NCBI GenBank assembly: GCA_964466345.1
Contig: CAYXMZ010000001.1
Coordinates: 1-56,580 of the forward strand
From: an uncultured Candidatus Saccharimonas sp.
GTDB lineage: Bacteria; Patescibacteriota; Saccharimonadia; Saccharimonadales; Saccharimonadaceae
Reading direction: 5' to 3'
Length of the DNA: 56,580 bases
A model generated the notes under the pieces. It made no database searches. It saw only the letters and a list, made by a program, of their open reading frames with translations, and was not told the DNA's origin. Numbering within the stretch: position 1 is the first letter of the stretch; each line of letters opens with the position of its first letter. A program made the position numbers and the translations under genes. Below, one piece after another: positions 1 to 10,011 of the stretch.

Positions 1-2
1 GA

Positions 3-170
3 GGTCTAGTTAGTAATTATAACGAGAATGTGACAGCCCTTCGTGGCTTCTTCCGTGGGGGCCTCTGGAGTAATGGTAGCTCTGCTGGCGTGTTGCATCT
101 GACTTTGAGCTATAGCCCTGCGACCCCTAGCACTTACGTCGGTTTTCGCGTTGCAACACAACCCACCTAG
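3..170 (+). CDS. 3' end of a CDS entering from upstream of the window (last 55 aa: ...ALRGFFRGGLWSNGSSAGVLHLTLSYSPATPSTYVGFRVATQPT*)
   Basis: Frame +3 is open from the window edge to TAG at 168-170. It is absent from the ORF track because it is under 60 aa here. The RGG-W-N...GFRVA pattern resembles the C-terminal strands of FGE/SUMF1-like domains, judged from memory of that family only. Confidence 0.45.
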   Translation, partial: GLVSNYNENVTALRGFFRGGLWSNGSSAGVLHLTLSYSPATPSTYVGFRVATQPT

Positions 171-204
171 TGTTTCTTGCCTGTGTTGTGGTACAATTAG
201 CACC

Positions 205-1449
205 ATGTTAGATATTCGTTTTATCCGCAACAATGCGGACTTAGTGCAAAAAAATGCCGACAATAAAGGCTATAAAATTAATATCCAAGAACTTTTAGAC
301 TTGGACGCTAAACGTTTGAAATTACAATCTCAGATTGAAGAATTGAATACTAGGCGTAATGAAAATACCGCAAAAGCAAAAGGTACTAAGCCGACACCAG
401 AATTAATTGCCGAAGGCAAAGAGATTAAACAACAACTAGCAAAATTAGAAGCAGAATTCAAAGATATTGATGCTAGTTTTACAACATTTATCAAACAAGT
501 ACCGAATCTAATTGCTGATGATGTGCCAATCGGTGACGAAAGCACCAGTGTTGAGGTTACTTGTTGGGGCGATAAAAAGCCACAAGCCAAAGATCATCTG
601 GATTTTGCCACTAATCGTGGCTGGTTGGATTTTGAACGCGGCGCCAAAGTAGCTGGAAATAAATTTTATTATTTAAAAGGCGATTTAGCCCTGCTCGAGA
701 ATGCAATTATTCAGTTTGCGTTGAACTTAGTAACCCAAAAAGGCTTTACTTATATGACAGTGCCGGCATTAGTAAACGGGCGAATAGCAGAAGGTACTGG
801 TTTTGCTCCGCGTACTAGTGACCAAAGCGATGAATATTATATTGAGGGCGAGGATTTAGTTTTAAATGCTACTGCTGAGATACCGTTAACTGGTTATCAT
901 GCAGACGAGATTATAGACGAAGCTGACTTACCTTTGCGCTATGCAGGTTTTAGTGCTTCGTTCCGTAAAGAAGCTGGCGCTTACGGCAAATTTACGCGTG
1001 GACTATTTAGAGTGCATCAGTTTAACAAATTAGAGCTTTATGTTTTTGCTACGCCCGAACAAAGCGCTAATATGCATCAGGAAATTTTAGCCGTAGAACA
1101 AGAAATCTGGCAGGCTATCGGAATTCCTTATAGAGTTATAAACATTGCTAGCGGAGACTTGGGTACTCCAGCATATAAAAAATACGATATTGAATATTGG
1201 TCGCCAGTAGATAATATGTATCGTGAATTGACCAGCTGTTCTAATTGCACCGATTTTCAAGCTCGTGGTTTGAATATTCGTTTGCGCCGAAAAGACGGTA
1301 AAGTTGAAATTTTGCATACGTTAAATGGTACCGCCGTGTCACTAGCGCGTACCTTGGTGGCTGTAATTGAAAACTTCCAAACAGAAGATGGTAAATTGAT
1401 AGTACCAGAGGTTTTGCGCCCTTACTTAAGTAATCGCGAAGTGTTATAA
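205..1449 (+). CDS. serS: seryl-tRNA synthetase
   Basis: ATG at 205 gives MLDIRFIRNN, the canonical SerRS N-terminus, followed by the coiled-coil arm and a class II core (FRKEAG, GTAVSLARTLVAVIENFQ). The track's start at 151 overlaps the upstream CDS end. Confidence 0.93.
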   Translation: MLDIRFIRNNADLVQKNADNKGYKINIQELLDLDAKRLKLQSQIEELNTRRNENTAKAKGTKPTPELIAEGKEIKQQLAKLEAEFKDIDASFTTFIKQVPNLIADDVPIGDESTSVEVTCWGDKKPQAKDHLDFATNRGWLDFERGAKVAGNKFYYLKGDLALLENAIIQFALNLVTQKGFTYMTVPALVNGRIAEGTGFAPRTSDQSDEYYIEGEDLVLNATAEIPLTGYHADEIIDEADLPLRYAGFSASFRKEAGAYGKFTRGLFRVHQFNKLELYVFATPEQSANMHQEILAVEQEIWQAIGIPYRVINIASGDLGTPAYKKYDIEYWSPVDNMYRELTSCSNCTDFQARGLNIRLRRKDGKVEILHTLNGTAVSLARTLVAVIENFQTEDGKLIVPEVLRPYLSNREVL

Positions 1450-1485
1450 TTGAGTCTATAATACCAATATAACAGAGGAGGTAAT

Positions 1486-1848
1486 ATGATTACATCAATC
1501 CGAATCGTTGGTATAGACTACGACGTTAATGATTTGACAAAAAAATACGTGACCAAGCGCATTGGTAGACTTGATCGTTATATTCCGCGCAATTTACGTA
1601 GATCGGTAGTTGCAGACGTAAAATTACAACAAGTTAATCACGATCACGGCAATAAATACGCAGTTGAAGTTGTACTATCTATGGACGGAAATTTGATTGT
1701 TGCCAAAGACTCTACTAGCAACATTATGGCTGCAATAGATATCGTAGAGGCAAAATTAGTTTCACAATTAAGTGATTATAAATTTGAGACTATTGAGCAC
1801 CTTGGTCGCCGTAATAAAATGAATCGATTTAGGCGCTTTCTTAAGTGA
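1486..1848 (+). CDS. hpf: ribosome hibernation/associated factor (HPF/RaiA/YfiA family, short form)
   Basis: 120 aa with the typical pattern (I.G...V...L..YV..R...L.RY). A GAGGAGG Shine-Dalgarno sits 7 nt upstream. The position upstream of secA matches the arrangement in Firmicutes. Confidence 0.8.
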   Translation: MITSIRIVGIDYDVNDLTKKYVTKRIGRLDRYIPRNLRRSVVADVKLQQVNHDHGNKYAVEVVLSMDGNLIVAKDSTSNIMAAIDIVEAKLVSQLSDYKFETIEHLGRRNKMNRFRRFLK

Positions 1849-1856
1849 TTTTTGGC

Positions 1857-1885
1857 TTGTCTAAACTAACTAGCGGTCTTATAAT
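1857..1885 (+). promoter_or_regulatory. putative sigma70-type promoter for secA (TTGTCT-17-TATAAT)
   Basis: TTGTCT at 1857-1862, a 17-nt spacer, then TATAAT at 1880-1885. A roughly 50-nt leader carries GGAG before ATG 1941. Confidence 0.45.
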
Positions 1886-1940
1886 TGGTCATAGTGTTTG
1901 ACTGAGTTGATGTGGGAATAGGAGTAATCATCTTTTAAAT

Positions 1941-4553
1941 ATGGTAAGTAAGAATAAATTGTTAACGAAAGTGTTCGGTGATCCGCAGGCGCGGACAATT
2001 AAAGCTTTGCGTAAAAAAGTTACTTCTATAAACAACCTGAGCAAAAAATATCAGGTTATGTCTGACAATGAACTAAAAAAACAAACCGATAAATTGCGCG
2101 AGAGACTCAAAAAAGGTGCAAGTTTAGACGCTATTCTTGCAGATGCTTTCGCGGTTGTACGCGAAGTTAGCGATCGAGTTCTTGGGATGAGACCGTTCGA
2201 TGTTCAGCTCATCGGAGGAATGGTCTTAAATGATGGCAACGTCGCAGAGATGAAAACCGGAGAAGGTAAGACTTTGGTCGCGACCTTACCGGTGTACTTG
2301 AATGCGCTTGAACAAAAAGGCGTTCACGTAGTAACGGTTAACGATTATTTAGCTCAGCGCGATGCTTCTTGGATGGGGCCGATCTATCATTTTTTGGGAA
2401 TTAGCGTCGGTGTGATCATTAACGAGGCTTCTTTTATTTATGATCCAGATTTTGATAATGAAAATCACCAAGACGAACGACTTAAGCGTTTGCGACCAAT
2501 TACGCGTAAGGAAGCTTATGCGGCCGATGTAACTTATGGAACTAACAATGAATTTGGATTTGACTATTTGCGTGATAATATGGCCAATGACGTGGATTTA
2601 CTTAGACAGCGCGAACTGAATTTTGCGATTGTTGATGAAGTAGACAGCATTTTAATAGACGAAGCTCGTACGCCACTTATTATTAGTGCGCCTGCATCTG
2701 AGAGTGCCGATAGTTATTATCAGTTTGCTAAAATCGCAGAACGTTTAGTTCCAGAAGATTATATATTAGACGAAAAACACCACAACGTAGCTTTGAGTGA
2801 CGAGGGCGTTGAAAAAGTTCAAAAAATATTAGGTATTAAAAATTTATATAGTCCAGAATATGTTCGTTCCGTTTATCACATAGATAAAGCTTTGAGGGCT
2901 CAAACATTATTTAAGCGTGATAAAGATTACGTAGCAACTAACGATGGTGAAATCATTATTGTCGATGAATTTACCGGCCGTTTGATGCATGGTCGTCGAT
3001 ATAATGAGGGGCTTCATCAGGCGATTGAAGCTAAAGAAGGCGTGCCGGTACTTCAAGAAAGTATGACTTTAGCTACTATTTCGTTCCAAAATTACTTCAG
3101 GCTTTATAAGAAACTGTCTGGTATGACTGGAACTGCTTTTACTGAAGCTGAGGAATTTCAACAAATTTATAGTCTAGACGTAGTACAGATTCCGACCAAC
3201 AGGCCGATGATACGTGAAGATAGGGCAGACTTAATATACAAGACAGAAAAATCAAAACTTAAAGCGGTAGCTGATGCTATTTATGAATATCATAAACAAG
3301 GACGTCCTGTATTGGTTGGCTCGGCTTCGATTGCAAAAAATGAACTGATTGCTGGATATTTAGAAAAGCTTAAAATTCCTTATGAAATATTAAATGCTAA
3401 GAATAACGAGCGTGAGGCGGCAATTATTGAAAAAGCCGGCGAAAAGGGAGCTATTACTTTAGCAACAAACATCGCAGGTCGTGGAACTGATATCAAACTA
3501 GGAAAGGGCGTCAAAGAACTTGGCGGATTAGTGGTAATAGGTTCAGAAAGACACGAATCACGTCGAATTGACAATCAGCTACGTGGTCGTTGCGGACGAC
3601 AGGGCGATCCTGGCATGACGCAATTTTATGTTAGTACCGAAGATGACTTGATGCGTATTTTCCAAGGTGAAAAAATTGCTCGTTTGATGGATAGACTAGG
3701 TGTCGATGATGATACGCCGATTCAAAACAAAGCTGTTTCAAAAACCTTAGAAGCAGCTCAAAAACGCGTTGAAGGTTTTAATTTTGATACACGTAAAAAC
3801 GTCGTTCAGTATGACAATGTTATAAATCGTCATCGTTATGTAGTTTATGCGATGCGTCGTAAGATTCTTGAAGGTGACGATATCGGCCCAGAAATTAAGA
3901 GGTTAATAGAAAATGAAGTCCAAGAGTTAACTATTTTACCAATGCAAACAAATCCGAACTTTGTTGAGGCATTTGAATCTATTTTTCCACTTAAAAAATC
4001 GATTATTGAACAGATAGGTAAGGAAACTAGACTCAAAATTCGCCAAGAAGAAGCTTCAAAAGCCGTCGGTGAATTGTATGAGCAAAAAACCGAAGAATTA
4101 AGCGAAGAAATTATGAGCAAAATCGAACGCGAAGTTTATTTGCAAGTTTTGGATGTTTTGTGGATGCAACACTTGGAAAATATGCAACACTTACGCGAGG
4201 GAATTCATTGGCGTGGCGTCGGACAACGAGATCCGCTAGTTGAATATCGAAGTGAGTCACAAAAATTATTCGATAGTCTACAAGCTACTTTGCGTCAAGA
4301 AGTATTACGAGCAATTATGCACGTTCAACGAAGCGACGCAAAAGCACGTGAGGAAGAAGAGGACTATGATACTGAATTAACTCGTCTGGCCGAAACTGCA
4401 GTTGAGACTGGCGTAAACGAAGTTACTGGCGGTACAAAATCACGCGATAAGGATTTTGGTAATAAAAAAATACAAAAAAACATATCAAAAAAGACTGTTG
4501 CGCGCAAAAAGAAAAAGACAGCTCGGCAGAATCGCAAACATAAGCGTAAATAA
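1941..4553 (+). CDS. secA: preprotein translocase ATPase SecA
   Basis: 870 aa with MKTGEGKTLVATLP (Walker A), DEVDSILIDEARTPLIIS and TNIAGRGTDIKLG. The C-terminus is a Lys/Arg-rich tail without the Cys/His zinc motif. Confidence 0.97.
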   Translation: MVSKNKLLTKVFGDPQARTIKALRKKVTSINNLSKKYQVMSDNELKKQTDKLRERLKKGASLDAILADAFAVVREVSDRVLGMRPFDVQLIGGMVLNDGNVAEMKTGEGKTLVATLPVYLNALEQKGVHVVTVNDYLAQRDASWMGPIYHFLGISVGVIINEASFIYDPDFDNENHQDERLKRLRPITRKEAYAADVTYGTNNEFGFDYLRDNMANDVDLLRQRELNFAIVDEVDSILIDEARTPLIISAPASESADSYYQFAKIAERLVPEDYILDEKHHNVALSDEGVEKVQKILGIKNLYSPEYVRSVYHIDKALRAQTLFKRDKDYVATNDGEIIIVDEFTGRLMHGRRYNEGLHQAIEAKEGVPVLQESMTLATISFQNYFRLYKKLSGMTGTAFTEAEEFQQIYSLDVVQIPTNRPMIREDRADLIYKTEKSKLKAVADAIYEYHKQGRPVLVGSASIAKNELIAGYLEKLKIPYEILNAKNNEREAAIIEKAGEKGAITLATNIAGRGTDIKLGKGVKELGGLVVIGSERHESRRIDNQLRGRCGRQGDPGMTQFYVSTEDDLMRIFQGEKIARLMDRLGVDDDTPIQNKAVSKTLEAAQKRVEGFNFDTRKNVVQYDNVINRHRYVVYAMRRKILEGDDIGPEIKRLIENEVQELTILPMQTNPNFVEAFESIFPLKKSIIEQIGKETRLKIRQEEASKAVGELYEQKTEELSEEIMSKIEREVYLQVLDVLWMQHLENMQHLREGIHWRGVGQRDPLVEYRSESQKLFDSLQATLRQEVLRAIMHVQRSDAKAREEEEDYDTELTRLAETAVETGVNEVTGGTKSRDKDFGNKKIQKNISKKTVARKKKKTARQNRKHKRK

Positions 4554-4575
4554 AGGGTAGGCAGAAAGAATAAAC

Positions 4576-5862
4576 ATGAAACATCAAGTTCAAGAGGTAC
4601 GTTTAAAAAATGGAGCACGAGGATTGTTGATAGACGTGCCGGGCGCAACAACTATGAGCATGCAATTTCATTTCCGAGCAGGAGATCGTTATGCAAAAAC
4701 AAAAGATATTGAGCAGGTTGCGCATATTATGGAACATATGGCTTTTGGTGCTAATGCCAAGTTTCGCTCAGAGTCTCAATTTGAGTTTGAATTTACAAAA
4801 AACGGCGCCTATCATAATGCTTATACGAGCGATTTGTCTATGGTTTATGATGCCTATTGTGCTGATTTTGAATGGAATCGTATCTTAGATTTACAAAAAC
4901 TAGCGATTTGCGAGCCGCGATTTAATGAAGGAGAATTGATAGCCGAAAAAGGCAACGTACGCAGTGAGTTGACTGGGTATTTAAATAATTATAATCGGTT
5001 ATTAGGCCCTCGTGTCCAGCAACTCTTAGGTGAAGATGTGTTGACCTATCGTCAGTCTTTACAAACTATCAATAATGTTACTTTAGCGGATGTGCGCGAG
5101 CACCATCGTCGTACCCATACGACCAAAAATTTACGATTTATTATTGCCGGTAAGCTAAAAGGTCGCAAAGCGGAGATAAAAAGACAATTGAGCGAATTCA
5201 GTCTCCCAGAAGGCGATAGATTGGAGGCGCCACATGATATATTACATAAAGCTAACCCAGTCCTTATCCGCCGAAAAGACGCAACTAATCTGACTTTTGG
5301 TATGTTTATGGTTTTGTCGCGACAACTTACCAACCAAGAACAAGACGCTGTCTCTTGTCTTAACCATATCCTAACCGGCACGACGCATTCACGAATTTTT
5401 GGTAAGGCTCGACAAAAAGGTCTGGCATATAACGTGAGCTCCTATATAGGCAGTGGTTTGTATGATAGCGGCTGGGATATTACTGGCCAAGTTAATCACG
5501 AGTCTGTTGAAGGTTTGTTTGACATTATCGTTAAAGAGCTAAAGCGCGTTTTAGACGGAAGAATTAATGCAAGTGATATTAAGGCAGCTCAGTCTTTTGC
5601 GTTAGGTCGTTACCAAATGGGTGCTCAAACAGTTTCGCAAATCAGTAACTTTTATACTAGTCGCTATTTTGCAGATGGTTTTATTGAGAATTATGAAAAA
5701 GTTCCTGAAATGATAAAAAACGTGACAGTTGATTGTATGGTTGAAACTGCCCGACAATTTATTGGTGAAAATAAATGGGTATTAGCTGCGGTAAGTAATT
5801 GTGAGAAGAGTGAATTAGCAAAATTAAATGATAAATTAGAAGCGTTGTTCGCGAGGAAGTAA
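4576..5862 (+). CDS. M16 (pitrilysin/insulinase) family zinc peptidase
   Basis: Inverted zinc motif HxxEH (HIMEH) near the N-terminus, with a downstream GAYHNAYTS segment. The 428-aa length fits the two-domain M16 layout. Confidence 0.8.
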   Translation: MKHQVQEVRLKNGARGLLIDVPGATTMSMQFHFRAGDRYAKTKDIEQVAHIMEHMAFGANAKFRSESQFEFEFTKNGAYHNAYTSDLSMVYDAYCADFEWNRILDLQKLAICEPRFNEGELIAEKGNVRSELTGYLNNYNRLLGPRVQQLLGEDVLTYRQSLQTINNVTLADVREHHRRTHTTKNLRFIIAGKLKGRKAEIKRQLSEFSLPEGDRLEAPHDILHKANPVLIRRKDATNLTFGMFMVLSRQLTNQEQDAVSCLNHILTGTTHSRIFGKARQKGLAYNVSSYIGSGLYDSGWDITGQVNHESVEGLFDIIVKELKRVLDGRINASDIKAAQSFALGRYQMGAQTVSQISNFYTSRYFADGFIENYEKVPEMIKNVTVDCMVETARQFIGENKWVLAAVSNCEKSELAKLNDKLEALFARK

Positions 5863-5864
5863 GT

Positions 5865-7157
5865 ATGAAAATTGCTATTGCTGGATATGGAGTCGAGGGA
5901 GAAGCAAGTTATCAGTATTTTTCTAAAAATCGAGACAACGATATAACCATCGTTGACGAAAATAAGCCAAGTCTCCCTTTACCCCAAGGTGTCAAAACCA
6001 TAATTGGTGACGAGTGTTTTAGCAAGCTGCAAGGTTTTGACTTGGTGGTCAGAACCGCAGGTCTAGCGCCATACAAAATTAAAACCGATGGTAAAGTTTG
6101 GTCTGCTACGAACGAATTTTTTGATAAATGTCCGTGCACAATCATAGGTGTAACTGGTAGTAAAGGTAAAGGTACGACAGCTAGTTTGATCGCCAGTATT
6201 CTTGAGGCTGCTGGCGATAAGGTTTGGCTTCTTGGCAATATTGGTACGCCAGCATTAAATGTACTAGATAATATTAAACCGAACGACATAGTAGTATATG
6301 AGTTGTCTAGTTTCCAATTATGGGATTTACAAAAATCACCTCATATAGCAGTGGTATTATTTATCGAAATTGAGCATCAAGATGTTCATCGCGGACTTAA
6401 TGAATATGTGGCGGCAAAGAGTAATATAACACTTCATCAAACACTTGATGATACTCTAATATACAATATTAACAACGAACATGCACGCCGAATTTCAGAA
6501 AGTTCAAAAGCACACTTGATAGGATATTTGGGGGGTAATGCAACACACGTAAAAGACGGATATTTTTGGCATGGTGAACAAAAAATTTGTTCAGTTAGAG
6601 CTATAAAGCTAGTTGGTTTACACAATCAAGACAATGCCTGTGCGGCTATTGAGGCAGCTTGGCAGTTTACCCAAAATCCAAAAATTATTGAAAAAGGACT
6701 AGGTGAGTTTAAGGGACTGCCACACAGACTACAATTTGTTAGAAAAATTCAAGGGGTAAGATATTATGATGATAGTATAGCTACTACACCATCGTCAGCC
6801 ATTGCAGCCTTACGTTCTTTTGGCTCTGAACATAAAGTAATAATCCTGGGCGGATCTTATAAAGGCTCAGATTTTTCAGAGCTGGCAAATGAAATGAAGA
6901 AGCAAGACGCTTACGCGATATTAATCGGTGATGAGGCTAAGCGTATTGCCGATAGTTTTATAAAAGCTAATTTCTCAAAATTTGAAATAATCGAAAATGT
7001 AAAGATGTCAAATATAGTAAAACGTGTCCAAGAACTGTCGAAAGGAACCGGCGTGGTATTACTTAGTCCAGCAGCGGCTAGTTTTGGCTTATTTAAGAAC
7101 TATGTTGACAGAGGTAATCAATTTATTCAAGCCGTTAAAAAGCTAGAGGAAAATTAG
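5865..7157 (+). CDS. murD: UDP-N-acetylmuramoyl-L-alanine--D-glutamate ligase
   Basis: N-terminal Rossmann segment (IAIAGYGVEG), Mur ligase P-loop (GVTGSKGKGTT), and HRLQFV plus DDSIATTP in the C-terminal domain. The 430-aa length is typical of MurD. Confidence 0.8.
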   Translation: MKIAIAGYGVEGEASYQYFSKNRDNDITIVDENKPSLPLPQGVKTIIGDECFSKLQGFDLVVRTAGLAPYKIKTDGKVWSATNEFFDKCPCTIIGVTGSKGKGTTASLIASILEAAGDKVWLLGNIGTPALNVLDNIKPNDIVVYELSSFQLWDLQKSPHIAVVLFIEIEHQDVHRGLNEYVAAKSNITLHQTLDDTLIYNINNEHARRISESSKAHLIGYLGGNATHVKDGYFWHGEQKICSVRAIKLVGLHNQDNACAAIEAAWQFTQNPKIIEKGLGEFKGLPHRLQFVRKIQGVRYYDDSIATTPSSAIAALRSFGSEHKVIILGGSYKGSDFSELANEMKKQDAYAILIGDEAKRIADSFIKANFSKFEIIENVKMSNIVKRVQELSKGTGVVLLSPAAASFGLFKNYVDRGNQFIQAVKKLEEN

Positions 7158-7161
7158 ATTA

Positions 7162-8247
7162 ATGGAAGCAGTTTTATTTAAAAAACTGGAAGAGTTATTA
7201 ATTAAGATCGATCAGGCTTTCAATAAATTAGATATAGCTGACAAGAATAGTAAAATTAAGGTTCTTCAAAAAGAGTTAGCCGAATCGAGTATTTGGAATA
7301 ACCCTACAAAAGCTCAAAATAAAAGTAAACAACTAGCTTCTTTATCAAAAGCCGTCGACCCTTGGATTACTTTGCAAACACAAGTTAACGACTTGAAAGA
7401 TTTAGTTAAGCTTGGGGATAATAGTTTAAACAAAGAGTTTGATCGTGAGATTTTAGCTTTACAAAAAGAGTTTGAAAAATTACGCAAAGACCTAATGTTT
7501 GGTGGTAAATATGACGAAAGAGGCGCAATTTTACGTTTAACTGCCGGTGTGGGTGGAACTGATGCTCGGGATTGGGCTGAAATGCTAGAGAGAATGTATT
7601 TACGTTGGGCTGAAAAATCAGACATGAAAGCAGAAGTTATCGAACGTTCAACTGGTGAAGAAGCGGGCATCAAAACTAGTGTTATTGAAATTAGTGGTCC
7701 TTATGCTTACGGTAAGTTACGAAGCGAGAATGGTGTTCACCGATTAGTGCGACTGAGTCCGTTTAATAGTGATAATTTGCGTCAAACTAGTTTTGCTCTG
7801 GTGGAAGTTTTACCTCAAATCGATGCTCCAGATGAAGTAAATATCAACCCTAAAGACATAAAGGTTGATGTTTATCGTGCTAGTGGACACGGTGGTCAGA
7901 GCGTGAATACGACTGATAGTGCAGTGCGCGTTACACACTTGCCGACTGGTATAGTAGTGACTGTTCAAAATGAACGTTCTCAACTACAAAATCGTGAAAC
8001 AGCGATGACTATTTTGCGTTCCAAATTGACACAAATGATGTTAGAAAATCATGCCGAAAGTTTAGCTGATTTGAAGGCAGGTGAGTCGGCGACTTGGGGT
8101 GCGCAGATTCGTAACTACGTACTGCATCCATACACAATGGTCAAAGATACACGTACAAAATATGAGGACAGAGACGCACAGGGTGTTCTGGACGGAAAAA
8201 TAGACGGCTTTATTGACGCATATTTAAAAGCTGAGATATCTAATTAA
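7162..8247 (+). CDS. prfB: peptide chain release factor 2, encoded in one continuous frame
   Basis: Carries the SPF tripeptide (RLSPFNS), the GGQ motif (GHGGQSVN) and MYLRWAE. The N-terminus aligns through the region where most bacteria have the +1 frameshift site, and no in-frame stop is present. Confidence 0.95.
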   Translation: MEAVLFKKLEELLIKIDQAFNKLDIADKNSKIKVLQKELAESSIWNNPTKAQNKSKQLASLSKAVDPWITLQTQVNDLKDLVKLGDNSLNKEFDREILALQKEFEKLRKDLMFGGKYDERGAILRLTAGVGGTDARDWAEMLERMYLRWAEKSDMKAEVIERSTGEEAGIKTSVIEISGPYAYGKLRSENGVHRLVRLSPFNSDNLRQTSFALVEVLPQIDAPDEVNINPKDIKVDVYRASGHGGQSVNTTDSAVRVTHLPTGIVVTVQNERSQLQNRETAMTILRSKLTQMMLENHAESLADLKAGESATWGAQIRNYVLHPYTMVKDTRTKYEDRDAQGVLDGKIDGFIDAYLKAEISN

Positions 8248-8310
8248 ATTAGTAATTTTTTAAATTTTTAACTTTGCGCCTGTTTTTACTTATGCTATAC
8301 TTATCTAAGT

Positions 8311-8994
8311 ATGATACTGCTAGATAGGGTAACAAAATCTTATTCCAAAGATGCTAAGCCGGCTGTCGATCGGATTAGTTTGTTTATAGAACCACGAGAG
8401 TTCGTGATATTAGTGGGTACTAGTGGTGCCGGTAAATCGACTCTATTCAAATTACTAACGCGCGAAGAAAAACCAACTAGTGGAAAAATTGTAGTTGGTG
8501 GTATTGATTACGACACCCTAAAGGACAAGGATATTCCTCTTTTGCGTCGAAAAATTGGTTGTGTCTTTCAAGATTTTAAACTTTTACCGCAAAGAACGGT
8601 TTTTGAAAACATTGCTTTTGCTCTTGAAATTGCAGGTATGACATATCGAGAAATCAAAAGTACTGTTCCGAAAGTTATTGAGTTGGTCGGTTTGACTGGT
8701 AAAGAAAAATATTTCCCACATCAATTATCTGGTGGGGAACGCCAGCGTGTGGCTATTGCTCGTGCGGTAGTTCGCCAGCCGAAAATTTTAATTGCAGATG
8801 AACCAACTGGTAACCTTGACCCTAAACATAGTTGGGATATTATTAGGTTACTTGAGAAAATTAATAAATACGGTACGACCGTTGTCTTAACAACGCACAA
8901 TGCTGAAATAGTTAATAAACTAAAACGTCGCGTGGTAACTCTTGAACATGGTAAAATTACCGGCGATCAAGCCGTTGGAAGTTATCGACAATGA
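8311..8994 (+). CDS. ftsE: cell-division ABC ATPase FtsE
   Basis: Walker A (GTSGAGKST), ABC signature (LSGGERQRV) and Walker B (ILIADEPTGNLD). It overlaps ftsX through an ATGA junction. Confidence 0.93.
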   Translation: MILLDRVTKSYSKDAKPAVDRISLFIEPREFVILVGTSGAGKSTLFKLLTREEKPTSGKIVVGGIDYDTLKDKDIPLLRRKIGCVFQDFKLLPQRTVFENIAFALEIAGMTYREIKSTVPKVIELVGLTGKEKYFPHQLSGGERQRVAIARAVVRQPKILIADEPTGNLDPKHSWDIIRLLEKINKYGTTVVLTTHNAEIVNKLKRRVVTLEHGKITGDQAVGSYRQ

Positions 8995-9971
8995 GTAAAA
9001 ATAATCAAAAATCTTCACGTAGCAAAAATCAAAAAACTAGAAAGCATCGTTTATTGACTTTTTCGCGAATCTTGCGCTACGGATTTAGTAGTCTCGCGCG
9101 AAACTCTTGGTTATCGATAGCAGCGACGGCAGTTATGACTATTACTCTAATGATAATTTTTGTTTCATTTTTAACACAAAACATATTAAACAATACTCTA
9201 GGTGAATTGCGTGACAAAGTGGATATGTCGATTTATCTCAAAACTGATACTACCGACGAGCAAGCCTCAGAATTAATAAAAGAAGTAGAAAAGTTAACTT
9301 CTGTTAAATCAGCGCAATTTATTAGTTCTGAAAAAGCTCGCAGTCAAATTGCCGAAGAGAATAGTTCGGACAGCGATGTTATTGCGGCTATTCGTGAAGC
9401 AACTAACCAGACGCCAGCTACTTTGCGTGTTGTCGTGCAAGACATAAACGACACCACTGAGCTTCAAAATTTTACAAAAAACAATGAACTAATAAAGAAA
9501 TATATAAATTCTGATTATAAACCGTCTTTCGCGGGAGAACGCAAAGACACTATAGAATCAATTGGTCGCGCTGTAGACTTTGCTCAGAAGATTGGAGCCG
9601 GTGTGGCGGCAATATTTATGGTGATTTCGGCACTAATCATATTTAACACTATACGAATGGCGATATTTAATCGTCGTGAAGAAATAGAAATGATGAAGTT
9701 GATAGGAGCAAGCAAAGCATTTATTAGAGGTCCGTTTATTGTCGAGGCGATGATTTATGGATTCATTGCGGCGATTATTGCAACTGGCATTGGTAGTATA
9801 GTTTTGTGGCGCGTGGCTGGTACGTTAAGTAGCTATCAAATAACGGTTCAGCCTACGATTGATATTTTGATAAGTTTTGGTTGGGTAGTTTTGCTTGGTA
9901 TGATAATTATTGGCTCTATTATCGGGGTTATTTCTTCGCTACTTGCAACTAAACGCTACCTCTCTGAATAA
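8991..9971 (+). CDS. ftsX: cell-division permease-like protein FtsX
   Basis: N-terminal transmembrane segment, a large extracytoplasmic loop and three C-terminal transmembrane segments (FtsX fold). It is translationally coupled to ftsE. Confidence 0.9.
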   Translation: MSKNNQKSSRSKNQKTRKHRLLTFSRILRYGFSSLARNSWLSIAATAVMTITLMIIFVSFLTQNILNNTLGELRDKVDMSIYLKTDTTDEQASELIKEVEKLTSVKSAQFISSEKARSQIAEENSSDSDVIAAIREATNQTPATLRVVVQDINDTTELQNFTKNNELIKKYINSDYKPSFAGERKDTIESIGRAVDFAQKIGAGVAAIFMVISALIIFNTIRMAIFNRREEIEMMKLIGASKAFIRGPFIVEAMIYGFIAAIIATGIGSIVLWRVAGTLSSYQITVQPTIDILISFGWVVLLGMIIIGSIIGVISSLLATKRYLSE

Positions 9972-9972
9972 A

Positions 9973-10002
9973 TTGACCTAACTATGTGGCTTATGGTATA
10001 AT
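9973..10002 (+). promoter_or_regulatory. putative promoter TTGACC-18-(TGg)TATAAT, 9 nt upstream of ATG 10012
   Basis: TTGACC at 9973-9978, TGg at 9994-9996 and TATAAT at 9997-10002. The track's GTG start at 10006 would lie 3 nt after the -10 box. Confidence 0.55.
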
Positions 10003-10011
10003 AACGTGGTT

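Noticed and set aside
153-188. A hairpin CAACACA...TGTGTTG spanning the stop codon of the truncated upstream CDS, considered as a possible terminator.
   Set aside because: The loop is about 22 nt and no T-run follows, and the serS start comes 17 nt later. This is too weak to call.
1-204. A GC-richer stretch upstream of serS that looked like a possible ncRNA or a serS T-box. It even contains AUGGUAGCUC (73-82), which resembles the ileS leader core AUGGUAACUC.
   Set aside because: Frame +3 is open from the window edge to TAG 168-170 and translates to a protein-like C-terminus (..RGGLWSNGSSAGV..YVGFRVATQPT). No flanking helices around the UGGU form an antiterminator-like fold. The higher GC is explained by Gly, Ala and Arg codons. 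I therefore treat it as the 3' end of an upstream CDS.
1846-1848. A check for stop-codon reassignment (UGA as Gly or Trp), as occurs in some candidate phyla.
   Set aside because: TGA terminates well-aligned proteins at their expected C-termini, for example hpf at 1846-1848 and the receiver at 18738-18740. An intact RF2 with the SPF motif is encoded, so the standard code applies.
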